Shown here one piece after another: positions 18,875-28,837 of a stretch of DNA of 64,000 bases. The notes under the pieces are model-generated. The model saw only the letters and a list, made by a program, of their open reading frames with translations, was not told where the DNA came from and ran no database searches. The stretch is from Dehalococcoidia bacterium (GTDB lineage: Bacteria; Chloroflexota; Dehalococcoidia; UBA2979): assembly GCA_965219085.1 (NCBI GenBank), contig OZ244720.1, positions 1,984,001 to 2,048,000 of the forward strand, in the 5' to 3' direction. Each line of letters starts with the position of its first letter. The first letter of the stretch is position 1. The position numbers and the translations under genes were made by a program.

Positions 18875-18923
18875 GTTACCGCAGCGAAAGATTTGCGAAA
18901 CGCGAACGTCACGCCCCTGACAC
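18875..18923 (+). promoter_or_regulatory. Tandem OmpR-family (GlnR-like) operator array
   Basis: GTTAC-n6-GAAAG-n6-GAAAC-n6-GTCAC-n6-GACAC with exact 11-bp period, matching the actinobacterial GlnR box gTnAc-n6-GaAAc. Confidence 0.6.
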
Positions 18924-18943
18924 CCGTCGGTACCCCACGCGTT

Positions 18944-19008
18944 CAAGCTAGCGCCTGCTTGCCCCGCCTGAGCACAGGCGGGTGCACGGCGCGATAACTG
19001 CCGGGGAA
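18944..19008 (+). ncRNA. Degenerate/truncated guanidine-I (ykkC-yxkD)-like riboswitch
   Basis: P2-like hairpin cccgcctg-agca-caggcggg directly followed by GCACGGCGCGATAACTGCCGGGGA (resembles P3 ACACGGCGGGATAAAAGCCCGGGA). P1 reduced to caagc-TAGcgcct-gcttg. Lies upstream of guanidine genes. Confidence 0.5.
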
Positions 19009-19782
19009 ACCGAGGCCTCCTCGGCCTTCTTGTAGGTGGCGCAACGCGCCCCGCCCGCAACGCGGAACCGGAGGAGAGACCCTTGATGTTGACCTGGCCC
19101 CACCTGGCGGACCTGCGATTGGTGGCGATGCTCGTCGCCGCCGTCGCGCTCTTCGCGGTCGCATGCGGCGGCGACGACGACGACACCACGCCGGCTCCGA
19201 TCAGGTGATCGTGCTGGTGAAAGACAACTCCACCGGCAACGACCAGATCATCGCCACCGCGGACATCCAGTCGATCGAGGATCTCGGCGGCACGACGATC
19301 GGCGTTGAGGTCGGCGTTGTCGACCACTTCCTCCTGCTGCTCGGCCTCGAGTCCGTCGGGCTCACCGCCGCCGACGTCAACATCGTCAACCTCGAGACCG
19401 GCGCGGGGGTGCCGCATTCGCGTCGGGCCAGCTCGACGCGGTCGGCGTCTTCGCACCGTTTACGGTGCAGGCGCTGATCCGCGAGGGTTCGCACACGCTC
19501 TTCACGTCCGCCCTGTTCCCCGGCGCGATTCCCGACCAACTCGTGCTCTCGCGCGAGATCGTCGACTCGCGACCGGAGGACGTGCAGAAGATCATCGAGG
19601 CCTGGTTCAAGACCCTCGAATGCATCGAGGCGAATCCGGCGGACGCGGTCGCCATCATGGCCAGGCGCGCGGGCGTCACGGCCGAGGAATACGCAGAGTA
19701 CGACTGACCTGACCCCTTGAAACGGGACCACCGTTGATGAGAGTCCTTTGGCCCATGAAAGTGGGTGGAGGAGGACATCACG

Positions 19783-20061
19783 GTGAAACGACGCAGGCAC
19801 ACGCCTGAGCAGATCGTGCGCAAGCTGCGCGAGGTGGAGCGGCTGCTCGGCGAAGGGCAGACGATCGCCGAGGCGGCGAAGCGGGTCGAGGTCTCGGAGC
19901 AGACCTACCACCGCTGGCGCAACCAGTACGGCGGGATGAAGGCCGACGACGCCAAACGGCTGCGCGAGCTGGAGCGCGAGAACGTCCGGCTGAAGCGGAT
20001 CGTCGCCGACAAGGAACTCGAGATCGACGCGCTCAAGGAGATCGCCCGGGGAAACTGGTAA
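19783..20061 (+). CDS. IS3 transposase OrfA (HTH)
   Basis: RRHTPEQIVRKL..SEQTYHRWRNQYGGM..LERENVRLK; slippery GGGAAAC at 20049-20055. Confidence 0.92.
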   Translation: MKRRRHTPEQIVRKLREVERLLGEGQTIAEAAKRVEVSEQTYHRWRNQYGGMKADDAKRLRELERENVRLKRIVADKELEIDALKEIARGNW

Positions 20062-20090
20062 GCCCGTCGCGCCGGCGCGAGGCAGTCTGC

Positions 20091-20915
20091 ATGTTGCAGG
20101 ACCGCCTCGAGTTGTCGGAACGGCGGGCATGCCGGGTCACCGGCCAGCACCGCTCCACACAGCGCCGCCTCCCGGTGCGCGGCCGCGGCGACGACGCGCT
20201 GCGCGCGGAACTCCACGCCTTCTCGCGTGGCCACCCCCGCTGGGGGTACCGCCGGGCCTGGGCGACCTTACGCGAGGAGGGCTGGGGCGTGAATCGCAAG
20301 CGGGTGCAACGGCTCTGGCGTGAGGAAGGGCTGCGCGTCCCGGTGAAACGGCGCAAGCGTCAGCGCCTGGGGGACTCGGCGGTGCCCGCCGCCAGGCTGC
20401 GCGCTGAGCGGCCGAACCACGTCTGGGCGCTGGACTTCCAGTTCGACCAGACCGCGGACGGGCGGGTCCTGAAGCTGCTCAACATCGTCGACGAGCACAC
20501 ACGGGAGGCGCTGGCGATCGTGGCCGCCAGGCGCATCAACGCCGACGCCACGGCCTCAACGCTCGACGGGATCGTCGCCCGGCGCGGGACGGCGCCTGGG
20601 TACATCCGTTGCGACAATGGGCCCGAGCTCACGGCCAACGCGCTGCGCGACTGGTGCCGGTTCAGCGGTACGGGCAGCAGCTACATCGAGCCCGGTGCGC
20701 CGTGGGAGAACCCGTACGTCGAGTCGTTCAACGGCCGGTTGCGCGACGAGTTCCTGGCGGTCGAGCAGTTCGACAGCCTGCTCGAGGCGCAGGTGCTGCT
20801 CGAGGACTGGCGGATCGAGTACAACACGAAGCGCCCGCATAGCAGCCTGGGCTGGCTCGCCCCGGCTGCCTACGCCGAGCGCTGGGAGACTCAGCTACAC
20901 GCTGGACTCTCATAA
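20091..20915 (+). CDS. IS3 transposase OrfB (DDE integrase core)
   Basis: WALDFQFD, RCDNGPEL, PWENPYVESFNGRLRDE, RPHSSLG. Confidence 0.94.
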   Translation: MLQDRLELSERRACRVTGQHRSTQRRLPVRGRGDDALRAELHAFSRGHPRWGYRRAWATLREEGWGVNRKRVQRLWREEGLRVPVKRRKRQRLGDSAVPAARLRAERPNHVWALDFQFDQTADGRVLKLLNIVDEHTREALAIVAARRINADATASTLDGIVARRGTAPGYIRCDNGPELTANALRDWCRFSGTGSSYIEPGAPWENPYVESFNGRLRDEFLAVEQFDSLLEAQVLLEDWRIEYNTKRPHSSLGWLAPAAYAERWETQLHAGLS

Positions 20916-21164
20916 GCGGTGGACTCGCGAAGGGGGTCCGGTCACGACGCCGGCGCCACGATCTTCACGGCTGCGCAGAACCTCACGGCGTTCGAGGCCG
21001 GCGACGACTTCACGAGCCTGCAGTTCGTGGCCGACCAGATCGTCCCGTTCCTGATCGATGCCGAGTTCATCGAGGCGGAGCCGGATCTGTCGGGGCTCTT
21101 CGATCCGTCGTTCGTCGAGACCTACGTGTCGGCGAACTAACGGGTCTCGCAGGAAGTGGCTAAA

Positions 21165-22791
21165 CCCGAATACACCGATCGAGGCTTGAGGGGGCGGGAT
21201 GCCGGTATGCCGGAGAGTTCGGCAGGTGTGTCGGTGTTCGCCGGGCGGTGCCGGAGCGAGCAGGCGCAGCTCGGGGGCGCTGAGGGCGCGGGCGCAAGGC
21301 GTGCGCGGGCATGCTGGCGCGAGCCTCGGAGGGGGGCCGGCGCTGTGAGCGGTCGTCAGGCCGGGAGCGGTAACGCCCGTAGTCGCGCGAGCGCGGCTGC
21401 CAGCTGCCCGGCCCAGGGCCAGCGCCTGGGGAGGTGCAGGGTCCAGCGCCGGGCCGAGTGGGTGAGCCGTCCGGCGAGGGCGAAATAGCGCCGCCTGAGC
21501 GTCCTGGTGGTGACGATTCCCTCGCCGAGCCCGAGCCGTGCCGTCCAGCGGGCGAGGTTGTGCGCGATCACCTGCACCGCGAGCCATGCCGCGTTCGCGG
21601 CGAAGCGGCCCGAGGGGAGATGGTTGAGCCCGACGCCGTACTTGAGATCGCGGATCGCGTTCTCGATCTCGGCGTGGCGACGATGGTCGGTCTCGAGCTC
21701 CATCATCTCCCCCGAGCGGTCGGTGATGAAGGCGTGGTAGCTGTACGTCGCGAAGAGCGCCAGCTGTGAGCCGGGCGCCGGCTTCACGCGCCGCACGATG
21801 AGCCGCACCGCGCTGGCGTCCCTCGTGTGCCGGAACGGGGTGTAGGTCGTCTCGGCGACATCGGCGCCGCCCGGCAGCCAGTACGGGATCGGCGTCCAGT
21901 CCTCTTGCGGTATCGCCTCGATCAGCCTACGCACGCTCGGCTGCTGGCGGATCGTGACCGAGAAGCGGACATCCTGCTTGCGGCAGACGGCGACGACCGC
22001 GTGGTTGTAGAAGCCGCTGTCGGCGCGCACCGTGAGCTGCCCGCTCGCCCCGGCGTCGCGGACCCGCGCCACCGTCTCACGCAGGAAGTGTGCGGCGCCG
22101 CGGGCGGTGTTGGCGCGGCCCTCGCGCAGCCGCGCCATCAGCACGTCACCCGTCCCGGCCGCAACGGCGAGCAGCGGGTGGTAGCCGCGCGCGCCCGTGT
22201 AGCCGTGGTGCCGGGCGCCCTCCTTCGCCAAGCCGTAGGTCTCGCAGATCGTCGAGTCGAGGTCGATCGTGAACGGCGCGTCGCCGGGTCCCGCCCCGGC
22301 CGCCCAGCCGCGAGCGAGCAACTCGCGGCTGACGCGGTCGAGCTGGCGGACGTGGCCCCAGCGGAAGCTGCGCAGGAACGTGCCCAGGGTGGACGGCGCC
22401 TTGACCGTGCAAGCCAGCACGCTCGCCGTCCCGCCGGCGCGCAACGCATCGGCGTCGTCGATGCAGTCACCGCCCGCGAGCGCCGAGGCGATGAGGGTCA
22501 GCAGCTTGTCGCCGGCGTTCGCCCGGCCCGGCGCGTCACCGAGGTCGACGCAGCTGTCGGCGAGCTCTTGCAGACCGAGATGCTGGGCGAGCGTGGCCGG
22601 GAGCAGCAGGCCCGCGTGGTCCACGAGGCGGTCGTCATCGAAGGCGATGTCTATCCGGTCGGGGTCGCTCGTTGGTAGCATCGAATGGGTGCTCCCTGTG
22701 GCTGTGACGTGATTCGGCAAAACCCATTGTCCCAGCTACAGCGGAGCACCCAACCGCAGCCCCTAGCGCGCTCTTCTTCGGTGGATCAGGG
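21165..22791 (-). mobile_element. IS1380-family insertion sequence
   Basis: Imperfect IRs cccgaatacaccga / tcggtggatcaggg; direct repeat ctaaa at 21160-21164 and 22792-22796; single transposase. Confidence 0.9.
21356..22681 (-). CDS. IS1380-family DDE transposase
   Basis: APSTLGTFLRSF, IDLDST, VRADSGFY, HRRHAEIENAIRDLK, PSGRFAANAAW; ATG 22681 with gggag RBS. Confidence 0.92.
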   Translation of the reverse strand: MLPTSDPDRIDIAFDDDRLVDHAGLLLPATLAQHLGLQELADSCVDLGDAPGRANAGDKLLTLIASALAGGDCIDDADALRAGGTASVLACTVKAPSTLGTFLRSFRWGHVRQLDRVSRELLARGWAAGAGPGDAPFTIDLDSTICETYGLAKEGARHHGYTGARGYHPLLAVAAGTGDVLMARLREGRANTARGAAHFLRETVARVRDAGASGQLTVRADSGFYNHAVVAVCRKQDVRFSVTIRQQPSVRRLIEAIPQEDWTPIPYWLPGGADVAETTYTPFRHTRDASAVRLIVRRVKPAPGSQLALFATYSYHAFITDRSGEMMELETDHRRHAEIENAIRDLKYGVGLNHLPSGRFAANAAWLAVQVIAHNLARWTARLGLGEGIVTTRTLRRRYFALAGRLTHSARRWTLHLPRRWPWAGQLAAALARLRALPLPA

Positions 22792-22906
22792 CTAAAGCAG
22801 GCAAGGGGGCGGCCATGCGCGACAGCACCGGCGCGCCCCAGGCGGAGTTGCCGCCCGTCGCCTGTGGACCACGCCGCCACGGGCCGGCACGCCCGGCGGC
22901 CGGCTC

Positions 22907-23695
22907 ATGGTCGGCCGCCGGCCGAGCTGGTTCTGGCGCATCCGCGAGGACATCTCGCCCACGCTCCGGATCGCGCTCGCATCGGCCTCGGTGACGGCGC
23001 CGCTGGCGGTCTGGATCATCCTCGTCGCGAACCACGCGGTGAACCCGATCTTCCTGCCGAATCCGCTCGACGTGCTGGGCTCGCTGCGAGACCTGTTTAC
23101 CGAGGGGCTGCCGCTCTCGGACGCTCGAGCCAGCCTCCAGCGCGTCGCGATCGGCTTCGGGATCTCGCTGCCACTCGGCCTCGCGATGGGGACGTTCAAG
23201 AGCATGGAGGCGCTGTTCGAGCCGGTGATCGGCCTGTTGCGCTACATGCCCGCGCCGGCATTCGTGCCGCTGCTCATCATCTGGTTCGGCTTCGCCGAGA
23301 CGCCGAAGGTCGCGCTGATCCTCATCGGCACGATGTTCTTCAACACCCTGATGATCGCGAACGTCGTCTGGCAGGTACCGACCGATCTGATCCGGGTGGC
23401 GCTGACGCTGGGCGCGAGCAACGTGGCGGTCTTCACGAAGGTGATCTTCCCGCACAGCGTGCCCGGTGCGATCGATGCGGCGCGTGTGAACCTCGCCGCG
23501 GCGTGGAACCTGATCGTCGTGGCCGAGCTCTTCGCCGCCGACGAAGGCCTCGGTTACCGCATCGTCCGCTCCCAGAAGTTCCTGCACATCGACACCATCT
23601 TCGCGGTGCTGATCGTGATCGGGATTCTCGGCCTCACCAGCGATCTGCTGCTTCGCACCGCGCGCAACCGCCTCGCGCCGTGGTCACAGGAGTAG
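22907..23695 (+). CDS. NitT/TauT-type ABC permease (guanidine transporter)
   Basis: EPVIGLLRYMPAPAFVPLLIIWFG, AAWNLIVVAEL; start uncertain. Confidence 0.88.
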   Translation: MVGRRPSWFWRIREDISPTLRIALASASVTAPLAVWIILVANHAVNPIFLPNPLDVLGSLRDLFTEGLPLSDARASLQRVAIGFGISLPLGLAMGTFKSMEALFEPVIGLLRYMPAPAFVPLLIIWFGFAETPKVALILIGTMFFNTLMIANVVWQVPTDLIRVALTLGASNVAVFTKVIFPHSVPGAIDAARVNLAAAWNLIVVAELFAADEGLGYRIVRSQKFLHIDTIFAVLIVIGILGLTSDLLLRTARNRLAPWSQE

Positions 23696-23701
23696 ACGGC
23701 C

Positions 23702-24484
23702 ATGGTCGCTCGGCACACAGCGTTGCAGACCCGAGGGCTCACCAAGCCGTTCCCCGGCCGCGGCGGCGAATCGACCGTCGCGCTCGAGGACATCGACCTC
23801 CACGTGGAACGGGGCGAGTTCGTATGCCTCGACGGCGCCTCCGGCTGCGGCAAGTCCACGCTGCTGAATATCATCGCCGGTCTGATTGAGCCCTCCGAGG
23901 GCGAGGCGCTGCTCGATGGCCTGCCGATTGGCGGACCCAGCCCGAACCGCGGGCTGGTCTCGCAGGGCTACTCGCTGCTTCCCTGGCGGACCGTCGCCAA
24001 GAACGTCGCGTTCGGCCTCGAGCTCTCGGGCTGGAGCAAGGCGGAGCGAGCGGAGCGCGTCGACTACCTCCTTGGGGTCATGCAACTCACGAAATGGGCC
24101 GACTCCCGGCCCAGCGCGCTCTCGGGCGGGATGCGGCAGCGTGTCGCCATCGCGCGTTCGCTCGCCCCCCAACCCGAGGTGCTGCTGCTGGACGAGCCGT
24201 TCGGCGCGCTGGACGCGCACACGCGGATGCTGATGCAGGAGTTCCTGCCGGACATCTGGCGCGAGACCGGCACCACCGTGCTGATGGTCACGCACGATGT
24301 CGAAGAGGCATTGTTCCTCGCGCAGCGGATCTACGTGCTGTCCTCGCACCCCGGTCGCGTGAAGCGCGAGATCGTGCTGCCCTTCGGCGATAACCGTTCG
24401 CAGCAGTTGCGACGGCAAGAGGACTTCCTGGACCTGCGCGACGAGGTGCATGCGTTGCTCTTCGCCGAGGTCTCCGAGGTCTAG
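23702..24484 (+). CDS. NitT/TauT-type ABC ATP-binding protein
   Basis: GASGCGKST, LSGGMRQR, LLLDEPFGALD, VTHD. Confidence 0.92.
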   Translation: MVARHTALQTRGLTKPFPGRGGESTVALEDIDLHVERGEFVCLDGASGCGKSTLLNIIAGLIEPSEGEALLDGLPIGGPSPNRGLVSQGYSLLPWRTVAKNVAFGLELSGWSKAERAERVDYLLGVMQLTKWADSRPSALSGGMRQRVAIARSLAPQPEVLLLDEPFGALDAHTRMLMQEFLPDIWRETGTTVLMVTHDVEEALFLAQRIYVLSSHPGRVKREIVLPFGDNRSQQLRRQEDFLDLRDEVHALLFAEVSEV

Positions 24485-24566
24485 GCGTCATGCCCGGTAT
24501 CGAACCCCGCTGAAAGGACCCTCGTGACCCAGCCGCCGTTCCCACTCGCACGAATACCGCGGTGAA

Positions 24567-25679
24567 GTGCCGCTCCACGACCATTACGGCCCCGAGGCGC
24601 GCTACGCTGCCGAGGCCGAGGCGCTGATTCCGCAGACCGCCTGCGAGCGCGAGATCGCGTGCGGCCTCGAGCTCGGCCCGCAGGGCGCCGGCTCGATCGT
24701 CGATCGGTCGATCCCGACGTTCAGCCGCGGCGAGCTGCCCCACTTCGCGGGTATCAACACCTTCCTCAAGGCCCCCTACCGCGAGGATGTGCGCGAGTGC
24801 CGCGCGTACGACGTATCGATCCTCGGCGCCCCGTACGACGGCGGCGCCACGTACCGCCCGGGCACGCGTTTCGGCCCCCAGGGTATCCGCAAGATCTCCG
24901 CGCTCTACGGTCCGTACTCGTTCGAACTCGGCGTCGACCTGCGCGAGTCGATCACGATCTGCGACGTCGGCGACATCTTCACCATCCCGGCGAACATCGA
25001 GAAGACGTTCGACCAGATCAGCAAGGCCGTCGGTCACGTCTACGCGAGCGGCTCCTTCCCGATCGTGCCCGGCGGCGATCACTCGATCGGCTACCCGACG
25101 GTGCGCGCCGTCGCGGAGCACCTCGACGGCGGCAACCTCGGGATCATCCACTTCGACCGCCACGTTGACACGCAGGAGACCGACCTCGACGAGCGGATGC
25201 ACACCACACCCTGGTTCCAGGCGACGGACATCCCGAACGTGCCGGCGAAGAACCTCGTCCAGATCGGCATCGGCGGCTGGCAGGCGCCGCGCCCCGGCGT
25301 GAAGGTCGGCCGCGAGCGCGGCACGACGATCATGACCGTCACCGACTGCGTCGAGATGGGCATCGAGGACGCCGCCGCGCGCGCCCTTGAGGTGGCATGG
25401 GACGGCGCCGACGCCGTCTGGCTCTCCTTCGATGTCGACTGCCTGGACGCGGCCTTCGTGCCCGGCACGGGCTGGCCCGAGCCGGGAGGCTTCCTGCCTC
25501 GCGAGGTGCTGAAGTTCATCCAGCTGATCTCGGAGCGCCCGCTCGCCGGGATGGAGGTTGTGGAGTGCTCGCCCCCCTACGACACCGCCGAGATCACCGC
25601 ACTGATCGCCACGCGCGTGATCTGCGACACGCTGGGCCGCCAGGTGCGCGCGGGGCACCTGCCGCGGCGGGGGGCGTAG
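24567..25679 (+). CDS. gdmH: Ureohydrolase-family guanidine hydrolase (GdmH-like)
   Basis: [70 protein letters not shown]: motifs I recognise from cyanobacterial GdmH (Sll1077) rather than SpeB agmatinase. Confidence 0.85.
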   Translation: MPLHDHYGPEARYAAEAEALIPQTACEREIACGLELGPQGAGSIVDRSIPTFSRGELPHFAGINTFLKAPYREDVRECRAYDVSILGAPYDGGATYRPGTRFGPQGIRKISALYGPYSFELGVDLRESITICDVGDIFTIPANIEKTFDQISKAVGHVYASGSFPIVPGGDHSIGYPTVRAVAEHLDGGNLGIIHFDRHVDTQETDLDERMHTTPWFQATDIPNVPAKNLVQIGIGGWQAPRPGVKVGRERGTTIMTVTDCVEMGIEDAAARALEVAWDGADAVWLSFDVDCLDAAFVPGTGWPEPGGFLPREVLKFIQLISERPLAGMEVVECSPPYDTAEITALIATRVICDTLGRQVRAGHLPRRGA

Positions 25680-25683
25680 CGCC

Positions 25684-25984
25684 ATGCGACTGACACCTCG
25701 CGAGCAGGATGCGCTGATGATCTACGTCGCCGCCGACCTCGCCCGGAAGCGGCGCGCGCGGCCTGCGCCTCAACTACCCCGAGTCCGTGGCGCTGATCAG
25801 CGAGGCCATGATGGAGGCCGCACGCGACGGCACGGCGGTCACCGAGGCCGCCGTGCGGGGCGCCCAGGTGCTCGGCATCGAGGACGTGATGGAAGGCATC
25901 CCCGAGATGGTCACCCTCGTACAGGTGGAGGCGACGTTCCCGGACGGAACGAAGCTCGTCTCCTGCCACGATCCGATCCGCTGA
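25684..25984 (+). pseudogene. ureA: Urease gamma subunit, frameshift ~25760
   Basis: [16 protein letters not shown], then shifted frame [25 protein letters not shown]. Confidence 0.9.
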
Positions 25985-26364
25985 TGGCGGACCACGCACG
26001 CTACCTCGTCGAGGACGGCGACCTCGAGATCAACGCCGGACGCCCGACGGTCACGCTGGCGGTCGCGAACTCCGGCGACCGCCCGATCCAGGTGGGATCG
26101 CACGCGCACTTCTTCGAGGTGAACCGCGCACTCCGCCTCGACCGCGCCGCCGCATTCGGGATGCGACTCGACATTCCCGCCGGCACGGCGGTTCGGTTCG
26201 AGCCGGGTCAGCAGCAGACCGTCACGCTCGTCGCCTTCGGCGGCGCACGACGGGCGCACGGCATGAACGCGCTTGTCGAAGGCTCCACCGACAGCGCCGA
26301 CGTGCGCGCCGCCGCGCTCGCCCGCCTCGAGGAGCGCGGATTCAGCTCGGAGGCCCCGCGATGA
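25984..26364 (+). CDS. ureB: Urease beta subunit
   Basis: [34 protein letters not shown]; TGATG overlap. Confidence 0.93.
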   Translation: MADHARYLVEDGDLEINAGRPTVTLAVANSGDRPIQVGSHAHFFEVNRALRLDRAAAFGMRLDIPAGTAVRFEPGQQQTVTLVAFGGARRAHGMNALVEGSTDSADVRAAALARLEERGFSSEAPR

Positions 26365-28075
26365 GCCGCATCTCCCGCGAGCGCTACGCCGCGCTCTACG
26401 GCCCCACGACCGGCGACCGCTTCCGCCCCGCCGACACGCAGCTGATCTGGCGCGTCGAGCATGACCACGCCGTACTCGGCGAGGAGGCCGTGTTCGGCGG
26501 GGGCAAGACGATCCGCGATGGCATGGCGCAGGCGCCACGCATGACCGCCGCGGGCGGCAGTCCCGACCTCGTGATCACGAGTGCGCTGATCCTCGATCCC
26601 GTGCTCGGCGTGATCAAGGGCGACATCGTCGTCAAGGATGGGCGGATCGCGGCCATCGGCAAGGCCGGAAAACCCCGACATCATGGACGGCGTCGACCCC
26701 GCGCTCGTGATCGGGCCGGGTACCGAGGTCATCGCCGGCGAGCACATGATCGCGACGCCCGGCGGCGTCGACAGCCACATCCACATGATCGCGCCGCAGC
26801 AGGCGTGGGCCGCCCTCTCGAACGGCATCACGACGATGCTCGGCGGCGCCGCCGGCCCCGCCGACGGCACGCGCGCCACCACCACCACGCCCGGCCCGTG
26901 GAACATCGCGCGCATGCTCGAGGCCGCCGAGACCATGCCCGTGAACTGGGGCCTCTTCGCGAAGGCGAACGCCTCGGACGTGGCGGCGATCGCCGAGCAG
27001 GTCGCGGCCTGCGCGCTCAAGGTCCACGAGGACTGGGGCTCGTCCCCCGCCGTGATCGACGCCGCGCTCCGCGCCGCGGATGAGTACGACGTGCAGCTGG
27101 CGATCCACACCGACACCCTCAACGAGAGGGGCTTCGTCGAGGACACCATCGCCGCGATCGCGGGCCGCACGATCCACACGTTCCACACCGAGGGCGCGGG
27201 CGGCGGTCACGCTCCGGACATCCTCCGCCTCGCCGGCGAGCCGAACGTGCTCCCTTTGAGCACCAACCCGACTCGCCCCTACACGGTGAACACGCTGGCC
27301 GAGCACATGGACATGCTCATGGTCTGCCATCACCTCAACCCGCAGGTCCCCGAGGACGTCGCCTTCGCCGACAGCCGCATCCGCCCCGAGACGATGGCCG
27401 CCGAGGATGTCGTCCACGACGTGGGCGTACTGAGCATGTACTCGTCGGACTCGCAGGCGATGGGCCGCGCCGGCGAGAACTTCACGCGCCTGATCCAGAC
27501 CGCCGACAAGATGAAGCAGGTGCGCGGCCCGCTGCCCGAGGACGCCGCGGGCGACGACAACGCCCGCGTCCTCCGCTACATCGCCAAGCTCACCATCAAC
27601 CCCGCCCGCACCCACGGCATCGCGCACGAGGTTGGCAGCCTCGAGACCGGCAAGCTCGCCGACATCGTGCTGTGGCCGACGCAGTTCTTCGGTGCGAAGC
27701 CCGCGCTCGTCGTCAAGGGCGGCATGATCGCGTGGTTCGTGATGGGCGAGCCGAACGCCTCGATCCCGACGGTCGAGCCGGTCATCTACCGCCCGATGTT
27801 CGGCGCACACCCCTCCGTGATCCCGGCGACCAGCGTCACCTTCCTCAGCTAGGCCACGCTGGATCGCGGCGTGGCCGGGGCGCTCGGCCTGCGGTGTCGC
27901 ATCGCCGTCAGCAGGAACAATCGTGCGCTCACCAAGGCCGACATGCTCCGCAATGACGCCCTCCGGGCGATCGATGTCGATCCCGAGACCTACGAGGTGC
28001 GCGACGATGGCGAGGTCGTCACCTCGCCCCCCGCAGAGACCCTCGCGCTGTCCCAGCGCTACTTCCCTGGTCTAG
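26361..28075 (+). pseudogene. ureC: Urease alpha subunit with frameshifts (~26670, ~28066) and internal TAG at 27850
   Basis: [56 protein letters not shown]; coding continues after the stop to LSQRYF. Confidence 0.92.
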
Positions 28076-28077
28076 CG

Positions 28078-28781
28078 ATGCCCGCCTCGACCCGCTCGCT
28101 GATCGCGCTGCTCCAACTCGCGGATTCCTCGTTCCCGATGGGCGCGTTCGCCCACTCCTACGGGCTGGAGCAGCTCGTCCGCGACGGCATGGTGCGGGAC
28201 GCCGCATCGCTCGAGGCCTTCGTCGACTCGATCGTCTCGCTCCAGCTCGCGCCCGCCGAGGCCCGCGCCGCCGCCTCGGCGTGCCACGCCGCCGCGCTGG
28301 GCGGCCTCGAGACTGGTGCTCGCGATCGACCACTGCCTCCACGTCACGCGCGCCCCTCGTGAGCTGCGCGACGCGGCGGTCGCCGCCGGCCGCCGGCTGC
28401 TCGAGGAGGTCGCCGCGCACGCCGCCGGCCGCCGCGGCCTTGTGCCCGCGTTCCGCGACGCCGTGCTCGAAGACCGCGCGCCCGGCGCCCACGCCGTCGC
28501 GCTCGGCGTGGCGGGCGCGGCCTTCGGCGTGCCGCCCGAGGACGTTGCCGCCGCCCCGCTCTTCAGCACGGCGAACGCGCTCGTGCAGGCGGCGATGCGC
28601 CTGCTCCCGATCTCGCACCGCGACGCGCAGTCCGTGCTGCACCGCGTTCGCGACGCGATCGCCGACGCCGCGCGCGCGGCCGCCGCGGACGGAACCGCTC
28701 GCGTTCACATCGTTCCACCCACTCCGGGAGATCGCGTCGATGCGCCACGCGAGCGCACCGGTCCGCTTCTTCGCGTCGTAA
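28078..28781 (+). pseudogene. ureF: Urease accessory protein UreF, two frameshifts
   Basis: LLQLADSSFPMGAFAHSYGLE, AMRLLPI, C-terminal EIASMRH..RFFAS spread over different frames. Confidence 0.87.
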
Positions 28782-28837
28782 CGCAAGCAATCGGGGCACG
28801 CAGCCGAGGCATGCAGCCGAGGCATCGAGGTCAGACC

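Larger units (their letters stand above)
19705..20944 (+). mobile_element. IS3-family insertion sequence (IS407-group-like), 1240 bp
   Basis: TG..CA ends; ~41-bp imperfect IRs (tgacctgacccc..atgagagtcc / ggactctcat..ggggtccggtca); 4-bp target duplication cgac at 19701-19704 and 20945-20948. Confidence 0.95.
19085..21140 (+). pseudogene. Guanidine-type (SsuA/NMT1-like) ABC substrate-binding lipoprotein, disrupted
   Basis: Signal peptide FAVAC, internal deletion before AGSDQVIVLVKDNSTGND, VDHFLLLLGL, 1-nt frameshift ~19410, FPGAIPDQL, IS3 insertion at 19705, C-terminus LFDPSFVETY at 20949-21140. Confidence 0.88.

Noticed and set aside
24567-25679. Annotation as ordinary agmatinase (speB)
   Set aside because: The N-terminal [14 protein letters not shown] and TGWPEPGG motifs and the transporter context fit guanidine hydrolase better.
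25684-26364. Apparent UreA-UreB fusion (226 aa)
   Set aside because: Produced by the 1-nt frameshift in ureA; separate ureA stop and ureB start (TGATG) are visible at 25982-25986.
28800-28825. 13-bp tandem duplication gcagccgaggcat between ureF and ureG
   Set aside because: Probably a simple slippage event; no evidence of function.
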